Virus record (IMG/VR): IMGVR_UViG_3300049846_001081
Length of the DNA stretch: 64,000 bases
Origin: a virus
Lineage: Duplodnaviria > Caudoviricetes
Strand: one strand, 5' to 3'
Positions 40,801 through 51,028 of the stretch are shown piece after piece. Positions within the stretch are counted from its first letter, which is position 1, and the number at the start of each line of letters is the position of its first letter. A program made the translations under genes and the position numbers. A model generated the notes under the pieces. The model was given only the letters and a program-made list of their open reading frames with translations, made no database searches and was not told where the DNA came from.

Positions 40801-41430
40801 ATGACCGCCCTCAAAGTCGGAACGATTGAGTATCTAAAAAATGTTCCTCTTTATGGTGATGAAATTGGATCATTTGCAGTAACAAGATATTCTGATAAAG
40901 ATATTTCTTTGTTTAAAGAAAACTTTGAGTCCTGGGTAAAACATCGCGAACTGTGTCTAAGCATTGGTGGTAGAGCACCTAATTTGTGTGATGCTTTTAC
41001 TGAAGGTATGTACTGCCTTTATAGTGGTTCTGTTCGTTATGTAAAAGTAGATCGTAGAAAAGCAGAATATAAAACATTTGGACCAGAAAAACTATCCAAT
41101 GCATCTATTGATACTTATTCTGAAAAAAACAAAGAAGGGGAACAAATAAAGTCATCAATTATTTTAGATGATTGTACATCTTTTGGTCCAACAAGTAAAC
41201 AAGATGCACTTTACTTTATGCATTTTTATCGTGACGGTAAAACTCTTGATGGATCTTTTGATTTGTATAGAATTGAAAATGATTTACTGTACTCTACAGT
41301 TATTAAAAATGATGGAACTACCTTTGCCGAAAAACAAAAGACAGGGCAAAGACCTCATTTTTCTTTGATGAAAAAAGTAATCATCCCAAATAACATTCAA
41401 CCCATTGAAAAAAATGTCAAACTTTGGTAA
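40801..41430 (+). CDS. Type II restriction endonuclease, Bsp6I-like (predicted GCNGC)
   Basis: GGRAPNLCDAFTE, SIDTY..EQIKSS, DCTSFGP, GQRPHFSL match recalled Bsp6I-family blocks; overlaps a C5 methyltransferase gene. Confidence 0.75.
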   Translation: MTALKVGTIEYLKNVPLYGDEIGSFAVTRYSDKDISLFKENFESWVKHRELCLSIGGRAPNLCDAFTEGMYCLYSGSVRYVKVDRRKAEYKTFGPEKLSNASIDTYSEKNKEGEQIKSSIILDDCTSFGPTSKQDALYFMHFYRDGKTLDGSFDLYRIENDLLYSTVIKNDGTTFAEKQKTGQRPHFSLMKKVIIPNNIQPIEKNVKLW

Positions 41431-42367
41431 TAAAACAATTGATCTTTTTGCTGGTATTGGTGGAGTTCGCATAGGATTTGAACGAGCAGGATTTCAAACG
41501 GTATTTGCCAATGATTTTGAACCAAAATGTAAATTGACGTATGATTTAAACTTTGATGAACCAAAATTATTGATAGAAGACATACGCAATATTTCTCCAG
41601 ATACTCTTCCAGACTTTAATTTTTTATTGGGTGGATTCCCTTGCCAAGCATTTTCTATTGCTGGTCATCGTCAGGGATTTGATGATGAGAAAGATCGTGG
41701 AAATTTATTTTTTTACATTGCAAAAATTCTTGAAACTAAAAAACCAGATGGTTTCTTTTTGGAGAATGTAAAAAATTTGTGTTCTCATGATAATGGTAGA
41801 ACATTTCAAATTATTGCTTCTGTTTTAAATGATCTCGGTTATCACCTTAACTATAAGGTATTAAACACAATGGAGTATGGAAATGTCCCTCAAAATAGGG
41901 AGCGTATTTACATTGTTGGATTTAAAGATGTTGAACGTGCAAATAAATTTAGGTTTCCAAATCCGAAACATTTGACAGTTACTGTGAAGGACTTGTTGGA
42001 ACCAGTTGTTGATGCAAAATATTATTATGAAAATAAACCTTTGTATGAAAAAATTAAAAATGATGTAAATGATGAAAACAAAATATATCAATGGCGAAGA
42101 GTTTATGTTAGAGAAAATAAAAAAAATGTATGCCCAACTTTAACTGCAAATATGGGAACTGGTGGTCATAATGTTCCCATTATCAGAGATTCTGTAGGAA
42201 TCCGCAAATTAACTCCATGGGAATGTTTGAGAATGCAAGGTTTTCCTGATACTTATAAATTACCAAAATTAAATAGTGATGGTCCACTATATACGCAAGC
42301 GGGTAATTCGGTAAGTGTTCCAGTTATAGAATCTATTGCTAGAGAAATTGCAAAAGTTTGTATGTGA
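41414..42367 (+). CDS. DNA cytosine-5 methyltransferase, M.Bsp6I-like
   Basis: DLFAGIGG, GFPCQAFS, ENV, PQNRER, RKLTP.EC..QGFP, QAGNSV; TRD IYQWRRVYVRENKKNVCPTLTANMGTGGHNVP. Confidence 0.92.
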   Translation: MSNFGNKTIDLFAGIGGVRIGFERAGFQTVFANDFEPKCKLTYDLNFDEPKLLIEDIRNISPDTLPDFNFLLGGFPCQAFSIAGHRQGFDDEKDRGNLFFYIAKILETKKPDGFFLENVKNLCSHDNGRTFQIIASVLNDLGYHLNYKVLNTMEYGNVPQNRERIYIVGFKDVERANKFRFPNPKHLTVTVKDLLEPVVDAKYYYENKPLYEKIKNDVNDENKIYQWRRVYVRENKKNVCPTLTANMGTGGHNVPIIRDSVGIRKLTPWECLRMQGFPDTYKLPKLNSDGPLYTQAGNSVSVPVIESIAREIAKVCM

Positions 42368-42384
42368 AACCGAACAAAAATTTA

Positions 42385-42408
42385 CGGGGTTCATCACCTC
42401 GTTTTTTT
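42385..42408 (+). terminator. Terminator closing the R-M cassette
   Basis: CGGGGT-tcatc-ACCTCG-T7; TATAAT follows at 42419-42424. Confidence 0.7.
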
Positions 42409-42484
42409 ATGATTGTTGTATAATTAGTATTGGATGCCTTCGGGGTCCACAAAACACAAACTCGCTTTAAAAGGAGCTACCATA

Positions 42485-42919
42485 ATGACTAACCTAATGA
42501 AATATCAGGCTGCGGATCTTCCTGCATTGTTGGAAAGAATTAATCGCAATACAATTGGAATGGATGAATACTTTGATCGTATTTTTAAAATTCACGAAAC
42601 AACTTCCAATTATCCACCATATAATCTTGTTCAAGTTAGTAATGTAGAATCCCGACTTGAAATTGCTCTTGCTGGATTTAAAAAGGGAGAAGTTTATGTC
42701 TACACTCAAGACGGCAAACTTTTTATTGAAGGTCAGAAGGAGGATAAAGAAACAGACACCAGGTACGTTCACAAGGGTCTGGCTCAACGGTCGTTTACAC
42801 GTTCCTGGACACTCTCTGATGACACGGAAGTTAGATCAGTTGATTTTGAGGATGGGCTTCTAACGGTCACTCTTGGAAGAATTGTTCCTGATCACCATAA
42901 GAGGAAAGATTATCTCTAA
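42485..42919 (+). CDS. hsp20: Small heat-shock protein Hsp20
   Basis: NYPPYNL, LEIALAGF, HKGLAQRSFTRSWTL, DGLL; AGGAG RBS upstream of ATG 42485. Confidence 0.93.
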   Translation: MTNLMKYQAADLPALLERINRNTIGMDEYFDRIFKIHETTSNYPPYNLVQVSNVESRLEIALAGFKKGEVYVYTQDGKLFIEGQKEDKETDTRYVHKGLAQRSFTRSWTLSDDTEVRSVDFEDGLLTVTLGRIVPDHHKRKDYL

Positions 42920-42935
42920 ATAATTAAAAAAATCA

Positions 42936-43175
42936 ATGAAGTCTTTCAAAGAGTTTGAAGCAATCGCTTATAAAGGAGCAGTTCCCCATACTGTTTTTTC
43001 TGGAGGAAAAGCGAAAAAAATTCCTAAAGGAAAGGCAGTTCCTGTAAGAAGTCGCTCTAGTGCTGGTGGATTTGGTGGAGTTGGTGGTGGGTCTGCTCCA
43101 GGACCCGGTGGCGGTGCTGGAGGAACATCTGGTGCCTCTGGTAATGGTGGTGGAAACGGTGGTGATGGCGAATAA
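42936..43175 (+). CDS. Gly-rich small protein with capsid-targeting-like N-terminus
   Basis: MKSFKEFE; CTAAATA at 42916-42922; Gly-rich tail. Confidence 0.6.
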   Translation: MKSFKEFEAIAYKGAVPHTVFSGGKAKKIPKGKAVPVRSRSSAGGFGGVGGGSAPGPGGGAGGTSGASGNGGGNGGDGE

Positions 43176-43198
43176 ATAGAATTGAATATCGTCGGCGC

Positions 43199-43251
43199 GG
43201 GGAGCACCTGGCAAAATCCAGGTTGACTCCCCCTTTTTTTCTTGCTAAAAT
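43199..43251 (+). promoter_or_regulatory. Terminator hairpin with embedded sigma70 promoter
   Basis: GGGGAG/CTCCCC and CCTGG/CCAGG stems, T-run; TTGACT 43223-43228, N17, TAAAAT 43246-43251. Confidence 0.75.
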
Positions 43252-43272
43252 GACTGGAGGTATGGAGTAAAA

Positions 43273-43656
43273 ATGACGATTAAACTTTTACTTTTAAAGT
43301 CGGGTGAAGATATCATCTCAGACATTAAAGAAATGGTTATTGGTGAGGATGAAGACCGAAGAGTGGTTGGATATTTCCTTAACAAACCTTGCCTAGTTAA
43401 GATGAGGGATCCAAGTCTTCTTGTTGAAGAAAGTACAGAAGAGCAAAAGAAAACTGCATATCAAGTTTCTCTTTATCCTTGGATGCCTCTTTCAAAAGAT
43501 TCAGTTATTCCTGTTGCTGCTGATTGGGTAGTGACTATTGTAGAACCTATTGTTAAACTTTCTGAAATGTACGTGGAGGACGTGTTATCTCGTGGAACAG
43601 AAAACGATCAAAATTCTAGCACTATTGAACAACCTGATTCTAATAACTCAGATTGA
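43273..43656 (+). CDS. Hypothetical protein
   Basis: MTIKLLLLKSGEDII start; GGAG RBS upstream. Confidence 0.75.
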   Translation: MTIKLLLLKSGEDIISDIKEMVIGEDEDRRVVGYFLNKPCLVKMRDPSLLVEESTEEQKKTAYQVSLYPWMPLSKDSVIPVAADWVVTIVEPIVKLSEMYVEDVLSRGTENDQNSSTIEQPDSNNSD

Positions 43657-43855
43657 AGAAGTTGGTGCTGATATTGGAGAACCTGATTGTAAACTTATTA
43701 ATCCATTTGTAGTAAGAAGCGATCAAACTCTTGAACCATTCCTATTTGGTTATACGAAGGAAAACACTTTTATGATGAGTTCGGATAAGATTTTAACCTT
43801 AGCAAATCCAACTCCGACACTTCTTGAAAAATATGAGGACTTGATTAAAGAATGA
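43592..43855 (+). CDS. Hypothetical protein
   Basis: Probable GTG start; DIGEPDCKLINPF; stop overlaps gp43 ATG. Confidence 0.65.
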   Translation: MEQKTIKILALLNNLILITQIEEVGADIGEPDCKLINPFVVRSDQTLEPFLFGYTKENTFMMSSDKILTLANPTPTLLEKYEDLIKE

Positions 43856-46347
43856 GATTTTACACTAATGTTCAATTGATTGGAAATCAATTTTTGATTC
43901 GTGGAGTAGATAATGGTAAAAGATTTGAGACAAGAGATGAGTTCTTTCCAACTCTCTTTGTAAAAACTAAAAAAGATTCCAAATATAGAACATTAAGTGG
44001 TGAAGCAGTAGAACCAATTAATCCTGGAACTGTAAAGGATTGTCGTGAGTTCTATAAAAAATATGATGAAGTTGATGGATTTGAGATTTATGGAAATGAT
44101 CGGTATATCTACCAATACATTTCCGAAAAATATCCAGAGGATGAAATCAAGTTTGATATCAGTAAAATCAAACTTGTGACCCTGGATATTGAGGTTGCTT
44201 CCGAGCAGGGATTCCCTGATGTGGAATCGGCATCAGAAGAAATTCTTTCAATTAGTATTCAAGATTATACAACCAAGGAAATTATTACTTGGGGAGTTAA
44301 ACCTTTTAATCACACTCGAAAAGATTTAACATATCATTATTGTCCAAGTGAATATGAACTTTTAAGTCATTTTATTCACCATTGGATGATTGATGTTCCT
44401 GATGTGATTACTGGATGGAACATTCAGTTGTATGATATTCCTTATATTTGTAAACGCCTAAATCGTGTTCTTGGTGAGAAACTGATGAAGCGTTTCTCTA
44501 ACTGGGGACTTGTAACTGAAGGTGAAATTTATATCAACGGACGTAAGCACACAACATTTGATGTTGGTGGATTGACTCAACTTGATTATCTAGATCTTTA
44601 TAAGAAGTTTACTTACAAAGCACAGGAATCATATCGCCTTGATTATATTGCTGAGGTTGAACTTGGGCAGAAGAAACTAGATCACTCTGAGTTTGATACA
44701 TTCAAAGACTTCTACACAAAAGGATGGCAGAAGTTTATTGAGTACAACATCATTGACGTAGAACTTGTTGACCGTTTGGAAGATAAGATGAAACTGATTG
44801 AGTTGGCACTTACAATGGCATATGATGCTAAGGTGAACTATGCCGATGTGTTCTCTCAAGTTCGTATGTGGGATAACATTATCTACACATATCTTAAGAA
44901 GAGAAACATTGTTATTCCCCCTCGCAACAAAGCACAAAAAGATGAGAAGTATGCTGGTGCTTATGTAAAAGAACCTGTGCCTGGAATGTATGATTGGGTT
45001 GTAAGTTTTGACTTGAACTCACTATATCCTCATTTGATTATGCAGTATAACATCTCCCCAGAAACACTTATGGATGAAAGACATCCAACAGTCAATGTAG
45101 ATAAGATTCTGAATAAGGAACTTACTTTTGAGATGTATAAAGATTATGCTGTCTGTGCTAACGGAGCAATGTTCCGTAAGGATGTTCGTGGATTTCTTCC
45201 AGAGTTGATGGAGAAAATTTATAATGAACGTGTAATCTTTAAGAAGAAAATGCTTGTGGCAGAGCAAGAATATGAGAAGACTAAAAAGAAAGATTTAATT
45301 AAAGAAATTGCCCGCTGTAATAACATTCAGATGGCACGTAAGATTCAACTCAACTCTGCTTATGGTGCTATCGGAAATCAGTATTTTCGCTATTATAAAC
45401 TGGCAAATGCTGAGGCAATCACATTGTCTGGTCAAGTTTCCATTCAATGGATTATGAATAAGATGAATTCTTATTTCAATAAAGTTCTTAAAACTGAAGG
45501 TGAAGATTATGTCATTGCTTCTGACACTGACTCTTTGTACATCAATATGGGTCCTCTGGTTGAAAGTGTATTCAAAGGCAGAGAGAAAACTACTCAAGGC
45601 ATTGTTACGTTCCTTGATAAGGTCTGTAATGTGGAATTTGAAAAGTATATTGAAAGTTCTTACCAAGAACTGGCTGACTATGTGAATGCTTACGACCAAA
45701 AGATGGTTATGAAGCGAGAGTGTATTGCTGAGCGTGGTATCTGGACAGCAAAGAAGAGATACATTTTGAGTGTTTGGGATAGTGAAGGTGTTCGTTATGA
45801 AGAACCTAAACTTAAGATTAAAGGTATTGAGGCAATCAAATCTTCTACCCCTGCACCTTGTCGTAAGATGTTGAAAGAATCTTTTAATATTATGATGAGC
45901 GGAAGTGAGGATAATATGATTTCTTTCATTGATGACTGTCGTAATAAGTTTAAAAAGTTATCTCCAGAGGAGATTTCTTTTCCACGCTCTGCGTCTGATG
46001 TTCAAAAGTATCAATCTTCTTCGGACATTTATGTTAAAGGAACTCCCATCCACGTTCGTGGGGCACTGTTGTTTAATCACTATGTAAAACAAAATAAACT
46101 TACTGGGAAATACTCTCTTATTCAAAATGGAGAGAAGGTTAAATTTGTTTATCTTAAAAAACCAAATACAATTCACGAAAACGTAATCTCATTCATTCAG
46201 GAATTTCCCAAGGAACTCAATCTTGACAAATACATAGACTATGAACTACAATTTGAGAAAGCATTTCTAGAGCCTCTCAAGATTATTCTTGATACAATTG
46301 GATGGAATGTAGAGAAGACAGTAAACCTTGAATTATTTTTTGCCTAA
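43852..46347 (+). CDS. gp43: DNA polymerase gp43 (family B)
   Basis: LDIE exonuclease, [30 protein letters not shown]. Confidence 0.98.
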   Translation: MRFYTNVQLIGNQFLIRGVDNGKRFETRDEFFPTLFVKTKKDSKYRTLSGEAVEPINPGTVKDCREFYKKYDEVDGFEIYGNDRYIYQYISEKYPEDEIKFDISKIKLVTLDIEVASEQGFPDVESASEEILSISIQDYTTKEIITWGVKPFNHTRKDLTYHYCPSEYELLSHFIHHWMIDVPDVITGWNIQLYDIPYICKRLNRVLGEKLMKRFSNWGLVTEGEIYINGRKHTTFDVGGLTQLDYLDLYKKFTYKAQESYRLDYIAEVELGQKKLDHSEFDTFKDFYTKGWQKFIEYNIIDVELVDRLEDKMKLIELALTMAYDAKVNYADVFSQVRMWDNIIYTYLKKRNIVIPPRNKAQKDEKYAGAYVKEPVPGMYDWVVSFDLNSLYPHLIMQYNISPETLMDERHPTVNVDKILNKELTFEMYKDYAVCANGAMFRKDVRGFLPELMEKIYNERVIFKKKMLVAEQEYEKTKKKDLIKEIARCNNIQMARKIQLNSAYGAIGNQYFRYYKLANAEAITLSGQVSIQWIMNKMNSYFNKVLKTEGEDYVIASDTDSLYINMGPLVESVFKGREKTTQGIVTFLDKVCNVEFEKYIESSYQELADYVNAYDQKMVMKRECIAERGIWTAKKRYILSVWDSEGVRYEEPKLKIKGIEAIKSSTPAPCRKMLKESFNIMMSGSEDNMISFIDDCRNKFKKLSPEEISFPRSASDVQKYQSSSDIYVKGTPIHVRGALLFNHYVKQNKLTGKYSLIQNGEKVKFVYLKKPNTIHENVISFIQEFPKELNLDKYIDYELQFEKAFLEPLKIILDTIGWNVEKTVNLELFFA

Positions 46348-47351
46348 TGGACTTCTTAAAAGATATTGTAAAAGAGATTGGTGATGACTTTACTAAGTTA
46401 GCATCAGATATTGATGAGACTGAGACTTATGTTGACACGGGTTCGTACATTTTTAATGCACTGGTTTCAGGTAGCATATTTGGTGGTGTATCTGGGAATA
46501 AGATTACTGCTATTGCTGGAGAGTCTAGTACTGGAAAGACTTTCTTCTCTCTCGCTGTGGTTAAGAATTTTCTTGATACTCATCCCGATGGTTACTGTCT
46601 CTACTTTGATACTGAAGCCGCTATTACCAAATCACTTATAGAATCTCGTGGAATTGATACTACTCGTCTGGTTGTTGTTAACGTTGTTACTATTGAGGAG
46701 TTTCGTACAAAGGCACTCAAAGCAGTAGACATGTATTTGAAAGCACCAGTAGAAGACCGCAAACCTTGTATGTTTGTGTTGGATTCTCTTGGTATGCTTT
46801 CTACAAGCAAAGAAATTAATGACGCATTAAATGAGAAAGAAGTTAGGGATATGACTAAATCCCAACTTATTAAAGGTGCGTTTAGAATGTTAACCCTTAA
46901 ACTAGGTCAAGCAAATGTCCCGCTCATTGTCACAAATCATACATACGATGTCATCGGAGCTTACGTACCAACTAAAGAAATGGGAGGAGGTTCTGGACTC
47001 AAGTACGCAGCAAGCACGATCATTTATCTCAGCAAAAAGAAAGAAAAGGATGGAACAGAAGTGGTCGGCAATATTATCAAAGCTAAGACTGCTAAATCGC
47101 GTTTGAGTAAGGAGAACAAAGATGTTGAAGTCCGTCTGTATTATGATGAGCGCGGTCTTGATCGTTACTACGGTCTTCTGGAACTTGGTGAGATTGGTGG
47201 ACTCTGGAAGAATGTAGCAGGACGCTATGAGATTGATGGTAAGAAGATTTATGCTAAGCAGATTCTGAAAGAACCTGAAGTATATTTCACTCCAGAAGTG
47301 ATGGAGAAACTTGATGAAATTGCAAGAGAAGAATTTAGTTACGGTTCATGA
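46347..47351 (+). CDS. uvsX: RecA-like recombinase UvsX
   Basis: [26 protein letters not shown]. Confidence 0.95.
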   Translation: MDFLKDIVKEIGDDFTKLASDIDETETYVDTGSYIFNALVSGSIFGGVSGNKITAIAGESSTGKTFFSLAVVKNFLDTHPDGYCLYFDTEAAITKSLIESRGIDTTRLVVVNVVTIEEFRTKALKAVDMYLKAPVEDRKPCMFVLDSLGMLSTSKEINDALNEKEVRDMTKSQLIKGAFRMLTLKLGQANVPLIVTNHTYDVIGAYVPTKEMGGGSGLKYAASTIIYLSKKKEKDGTEVVGNIIKAKTAKSRLSKENKDVEVRLYYDERGLDRYYGLLELGEIGGLWKNVAGRYEIDGKKIYAKQILKEPEVYFTPEVMEKLDEIAREEFSYGS

Positions 47352-47890
47352 TTAAAGTCCTTAAGACTGGAATCAATGTATCTAAAGTTGTAGATCAACT
47401 CAAAAAATATCCACAAGACTGGGACCACCAAAAGCACCTTAAAGATTCCCAGTCTTTAGTTGATAGAGGATTTGCTGACTTGCCAGTAAGTGCTCTTCAA
47501 CTTATAATGGGTGGGGTCAAAAACAAAGAAGAATTTGTTGGTGATTCTGAAATAAACATCAAGACTCCTGCATACGAACATCACAGTGAAATCAGAAAGA
47601 TTATACGCAAACACTTTGGGAATAGAGAATTACATCGTTGTGGATTTCTTTCTCTTCCTGTTGATGAAATTGTAGGAGCACATATTGATGAAGGAACCTA
47701 TTACATAACAAGAGATAGATACCATCTTTCTATTGTTGGTAGATATCAGTATTTTTGTGGTACTGATACTACTATTGTTGAACCAGGAACTCTTTTGTGG
47801 TTTAATAATAAATTACCTCATGGCACCGTTAATATTGGTGATGAGACTAGAATAACGTTTGTATTTGATATGCCTCATGGACAAAGTTGA
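47348..47890 (+). CDS. Asp/Asn beta-hydroxylase-like 2OG-Fe(II) oxygenase
   Basis: HID...RYHL...[12 protein letters not shown]...RITFVFD facial-triad pattern. Confidence 0.72.
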   Translation: MIKVLKTGINVSKVVDQLKKYPQDWDHQKHLKDSQSLVDRGFADLPVSALQLIMGGVKNKEEFVGDSEINIKTPAYEHHSEIRKIIRKHFGNRELHRCGFLSLPVDEIVGAHIDEGTYYITRDRYHLSIVGRYQYFCGTDTTIVEPGTLLWFNNKLPHGTVNIGDETRITFVFDMPHGQS

Positions 47891-49253
47891 GTTTCTTATT
47901 CTTCGCAATCTCTTGCACAATGAAGAATATGTTCGCAAAGTTATTCCTTTTATTAAATCGGAATACTTTGAAGATACAAATCAAAAAGTAGTATTTGAAG
48001 AGATTCTTAAGTTTGTTCAGGAATACAATCAACCAACTACAAAGGAAGTTCTTTGTATTGAAGTGGAAAAACGTCAAGATATCAATGATACTTCTTTCAA
48101 AGAAATTACTCATCTAATTGGATGTCTTGATGATGTTCCTGTTGAATTTAATTGGTTAGTTACTACTACTGAGAAATGGTGTCGTGATCGTGCCATTTAT
48201 TTGGCATTGATGGAATCCATTCATATTGCTGATGGTAAAGATGAAAAGAAGAATCGTGACAGTATTCCTTCTATTCTTTCTGATGCTCTTGCTGTAAGTT
48301 TTGATACACATATTGGTCATGATTACTTACAAGATTACGAACAAAGATATGAATCTTATCATAAAAAGGAGGATAAAATTGAATTTGATCTTGAATACTT
48401 TAACAAAATCACGAAAGGTGGTCTCCCTAACAAAACTCTTAACATCGCTCTTGCTGGTACGGGTGTCGGGAAATCTCTATTCATGTGCCATGTGGCTAGC
48501 TCCGTCTTGCTCCAAGGACGGAACGTTTTGTACATTACGTTGGAAATGGCAGAAGAACGCATTGCTGAAAGAATTGATGCCAACCTCCTAAATGTTCCTA
48601 TTCAAGATATTGCTGAACTTCCAAAAACAATGTTTGAAAACAAGGTTACAAACCTTGCTAAAAAAACTCAAGGAACACTTATAATTAAGGAATATCCTAC
48701 AGCGTCTGCACATGCAGGTCATTTTAAGTCATTGCTTAATGAACTTGCACTTAAGAAGTCATTTAGACCTGATATTATTTTTATTGATTACCTTAATATT
48801 TGTGCTTCCTCTAGGTATCGCGGAAACAGCAATATCAATTCCTATACATTTGTAAAGGCAATTGCTGAAGAATTACGAGGACTCGCAGTTGAATTTAACG
48901 TACCAATCGTGTCTGCTACTCAGACCACTCGTTCAGGTTATGGTAGTTCTGATGTTGAACTTACTGATACTTCAGAATCATTCGGTCTTCCTGCTACTGC
49001 TGACTTGATGTTTGCTCTAATTAGTACAGAAGAACTTGAGGGACTTGGACAGATACTTGTAAAACAACTTAAGAATCGTTATAATGACCCTACCATTCAT
49101 AAGCGTTTCGTGATTGGTATTGATAGGGCAAAGATGCGTCTTTATGACTGCGAACAATCTGCTCAACAAGATATCCTTGACAATGGAAAGGATGAAGAGT
49201 ATGATTATGAAGAAAAGAAACCTAAAAAATCATTTGAAGGATTTAAATTCTAA
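47877..49253 (+). CDS. gp41: Replicative helicase gp41
   Basis: AGTGVGKS, LEMAE, IDYLNI, SATQTTR, KQLKNRY. Confidence 0.96.
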   Translation: MDKVEFLILRNLLHNEEYVRKVIPFIKSEYFEDTNQKVVFEEILKFVQEYNQPTTKEVLCIEVEKRQDINDTSFKEITHLIGCLDDVPVEFNWLVTTTEKWCRDRAIYLALMESIHIADGKDEKKNRDSIPSILSDALAVSFDTHIGHDYLQDYEQRYESYHKKEDKIEFDLEYFNKITKGGLPNKTLNIALAGTGVGKSLFMCHVASSVLLQGRNVLYITLEMAEERIAERIDANLLNVPIQDIAELPKTMFENKVTNLAKKTQGTLIIKEYPTASAHAGHFKSLLNELALKKSFRPDIIFIDYLNICASSRYRGNSNINSYTFVKAIAEELRGLAVEFNVPIVSATQTTRSGYGSSDVELTDTSESFGLPATADLMFALISTEELEGLGQILVKQLKNRYNDPTIHKRFVIGIDRAKMRLYDCEQSAQQDILDNGKDEEYDYEEKKPKKSFEGFKF

Positions 49254-49666
49254 TGACCAAAGTTATTGATACAAACAAATATATTGAATTCGTTCGTCAA
49301 ACTACAAGTCCTGCAAGTAGTGATTTAGCCGCACTTCTTGCCCGTATTGCTGAACTTGAGACTGGGAATGATGTTGATGTTCCTCGTCTTTTGACTGCCG
49401 CTCTTGGTATTAGTGCTGAAGCTGGTGAGTTTACTGAAGTTGTTAAGAAGATAATTCTACAGGGAAAACCATATAATCAAGAAGCAACTTTTCACATGAA
49501 GCGTGAACTTGGTGATATCTGTTGGTATCTTTCTCAGGCATTTATGGCACTTGATACTAACTTTGAAGAAATTCTTCAGATGAATTTTGAAAAACTGAGT
49601 GCTCGCTATCCTGAAGGTGCATTTGATGTTTACCGTTCTGAAAATCGTGTGGAGGGGGATCTGTGA
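49253..49666 (+). CDS. mazG: MazG-like nucleotide pyrophosphohydrolase
   Basis: GISAEAGEFTEVVKK, ELGDICWY, KLSARYP. Confidence 0.88.
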   Translation: MTKVIDTNKYIEFVRQTTSPASSDLAALLARIAELETGNDVDVPRLLTAALGISAEAGEFTEVVKKIILQGKPYNQEATFHMKRELGDICWYLSQAFMALDTNFEEILQMNFEKLSARYPEGAFDVYRSENRVEGDL

Positions 49667-49848
49667 CTAAAGAAAAACAAGTGACAATTAAAATGGACGC
49701 TCGTACAGCGGCTGCAGTTCGTCAAGTTCTGTTTGATGCTCAAAAAGGATACACCTATGATGAAGTGAGTGTTCCTCCTCGCGTAACTGATATTCGTCTG
49801 GTAATTCAACAACTTGATGATAATATTGGTGCTGTTCTTGGTGCTTGA
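49663..49848 (+). CDS. Hypothetical protein
   Basis: 61-aa ORF coupled to mazG. Confidence 0.6.
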   Translation: MTKEKQVTIKMDARTAAAVRQVLFDAQKGYTYDEVSVPPRVTDIRLVIQQLDDNIGAVLGA

Positions 49849-49895
49849 CCCTTTATGGATCTTTTTTATAAATAACTAAAAAGTATTTGTAAAAA

Positions 49896-50447
49896 ATGGA
49901 TTCTAAAGAACTGCGCGGTTTATACGAAGCATATGCTGATGTATATGCTCCTCAAGAAGAGATTGATGAAGCATCAAGAGCAGATGATACGACAAGAGCA
50001 AACATTGCTCGTTATGCTGGTAAAAAAGGTATTTCATTTGAACCAGGACCAAACTGGGACCCATCTGCTAATCGTGGAAGAGGTGCCCATTTAAATCCAA
50101 AGCAAAAGGAAAAGCAGCGTCGTAAAGCACTTCGTCAAGAAGAACTTGATATCTTTGATGTAGTCCTTGAGTTCCTCCAAGCAGAAGGATACGCAGAAAC
50201 TCTGGAAGAGGCAGAGTGGATGATGGCAAATGAATTGGATGCTGATGATATTGATGCTATTTTGGGGGAAGGCAAATCTTCTAGACCACGCTATCCTGGT
50301 GGCAGAGGTGTTCTAGACCAGGAAAGAAGAGATGAAAAGAGGGAAGCTTCTGCTGAAAATATGCGTGGTCATACAGCAGGTCCTGGTACTGTAACCAAGA
50401 ATCCAAAGAAACTTCGTAAGCAAAAAGCAATGGGCGAGCACGGCTGA
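49896..50447 (+). CDS. Late hypothetical, putative internal virion protein
   Basis: TATAAATA 49867-49874 upstream; shares KNPKKLRKQKAMGE with ORF 53748. Confidence 0.65.
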   Translation: MDSKELRGLYEAYADVYAPQEEIDEASRADDTTRANIARYAGKKGISFEPGPNWDPSANRGRGAHLNPKQKEKQRRKALRQEELDIFDVVLEFLQAEGYAETLEEAEWMMANELDADDIDAILGEGKSSRPRYPGGRGVLDQERRDEKREASAENMRGHTAGPGTVTKNPKKLRKQKAMGEHG

Positions 50448-50456
50448 TAGATAAAT

Positions 50457-50493
50457 CGGAAGGTTGCTCTAACCCACTTGACTTTTTAATTGA
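50457..50493 (+). repeat. 37-bp direct repeat copy 1 (promoter stem-loop element)
   Basis: CGGAAGGTTGCTCTAACCCACTTGACTTTTTAATTGA; 35/37 identical to 51029-51065. Confidence 0.85.
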
Positions 50494-50502
50494 TAGAGTT
50501 AT

Positions 50503-50536
50503 AAAAAAAGGAGGGGATAAAACCCCTCCTTTAATT
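50503..50536. terminator. Likely bidirectional terminator between convergent genes
   Basis: A-run, AGGAGGGG-ataaaa-CCCCTCCT, then T-rich tract. Confidence 0.75.
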
Positions 50537-50740
50537 TTATTTGGAACTTACAAAATCATTAATGATTTCTGCTTGTTTTAGAACTTCATTTAGAGTTGGA
50601 AAATCTGGGTAATCCATTGGCACTTGTTTCTTTTTATCTTCATTCCAACAACGAGCAGTGTCATATTCAATACTAAACTGGTCATTCAGCATATTATATG
50701 CTTGCTTAAAAATTTCAAAACGTAGTTCGTAGGGCGTCAT
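50537..50740 (-). CDS. Hypothetical protein, the only credible minus-strand gene
   Basis: MTPYELRFEIFKQAY...PTLNEVLKQAEIINDFVS; AGGAG RBS on minus strand; ends at terminator. Confidence 0.75.
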   Translation of the reverse strand: MTPYELRFEIFKQAYNMLNDQFSIEYDTARCWNEDKKKQVPMDYPDFPTLNEVLKQAEIINDFVSSK

Positions 50741-50824
50741 AAGTATTCTCCTAATGTGTATTGTGTGTGATGTGTAGTAACATCAATAGTACACTAAACT
50801 AAATATCTAAAAAAGTCAACTATA

Positions 50825-51022
50825 ATGAAAACATACCAGCAGTTCTCTGAAGATATTGAAGCACGAAGAAAACAACTTCGTCAAAGGTCAAGAGAGCAAA
50901 TGCAGAAGTTCAAAGAGAAATCTAGAGCTTCTGCAGATGCTCAAAGGCAAAAAGCAGAAGATGCTGGAGAGCGTAAAAGATTAAAGGATGAGATTAAAAG
51001 GGAGTTAAGAGACGAGAACTAA
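50825..51022 (+). CDS. Small charged protein with capsid-targeting-like N-terminus
   Basis: MKTYQQFSE; CTAAATA 50799-50805. Confidence 0.7.
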   Translation: MKTYQQFSEDIEARRKQLRQRSREQMQKFKEKSRASADAQRQKAEDAGERKRLKDEIKRELRDEN

Positions 51023-51028
51023 ATAAAA

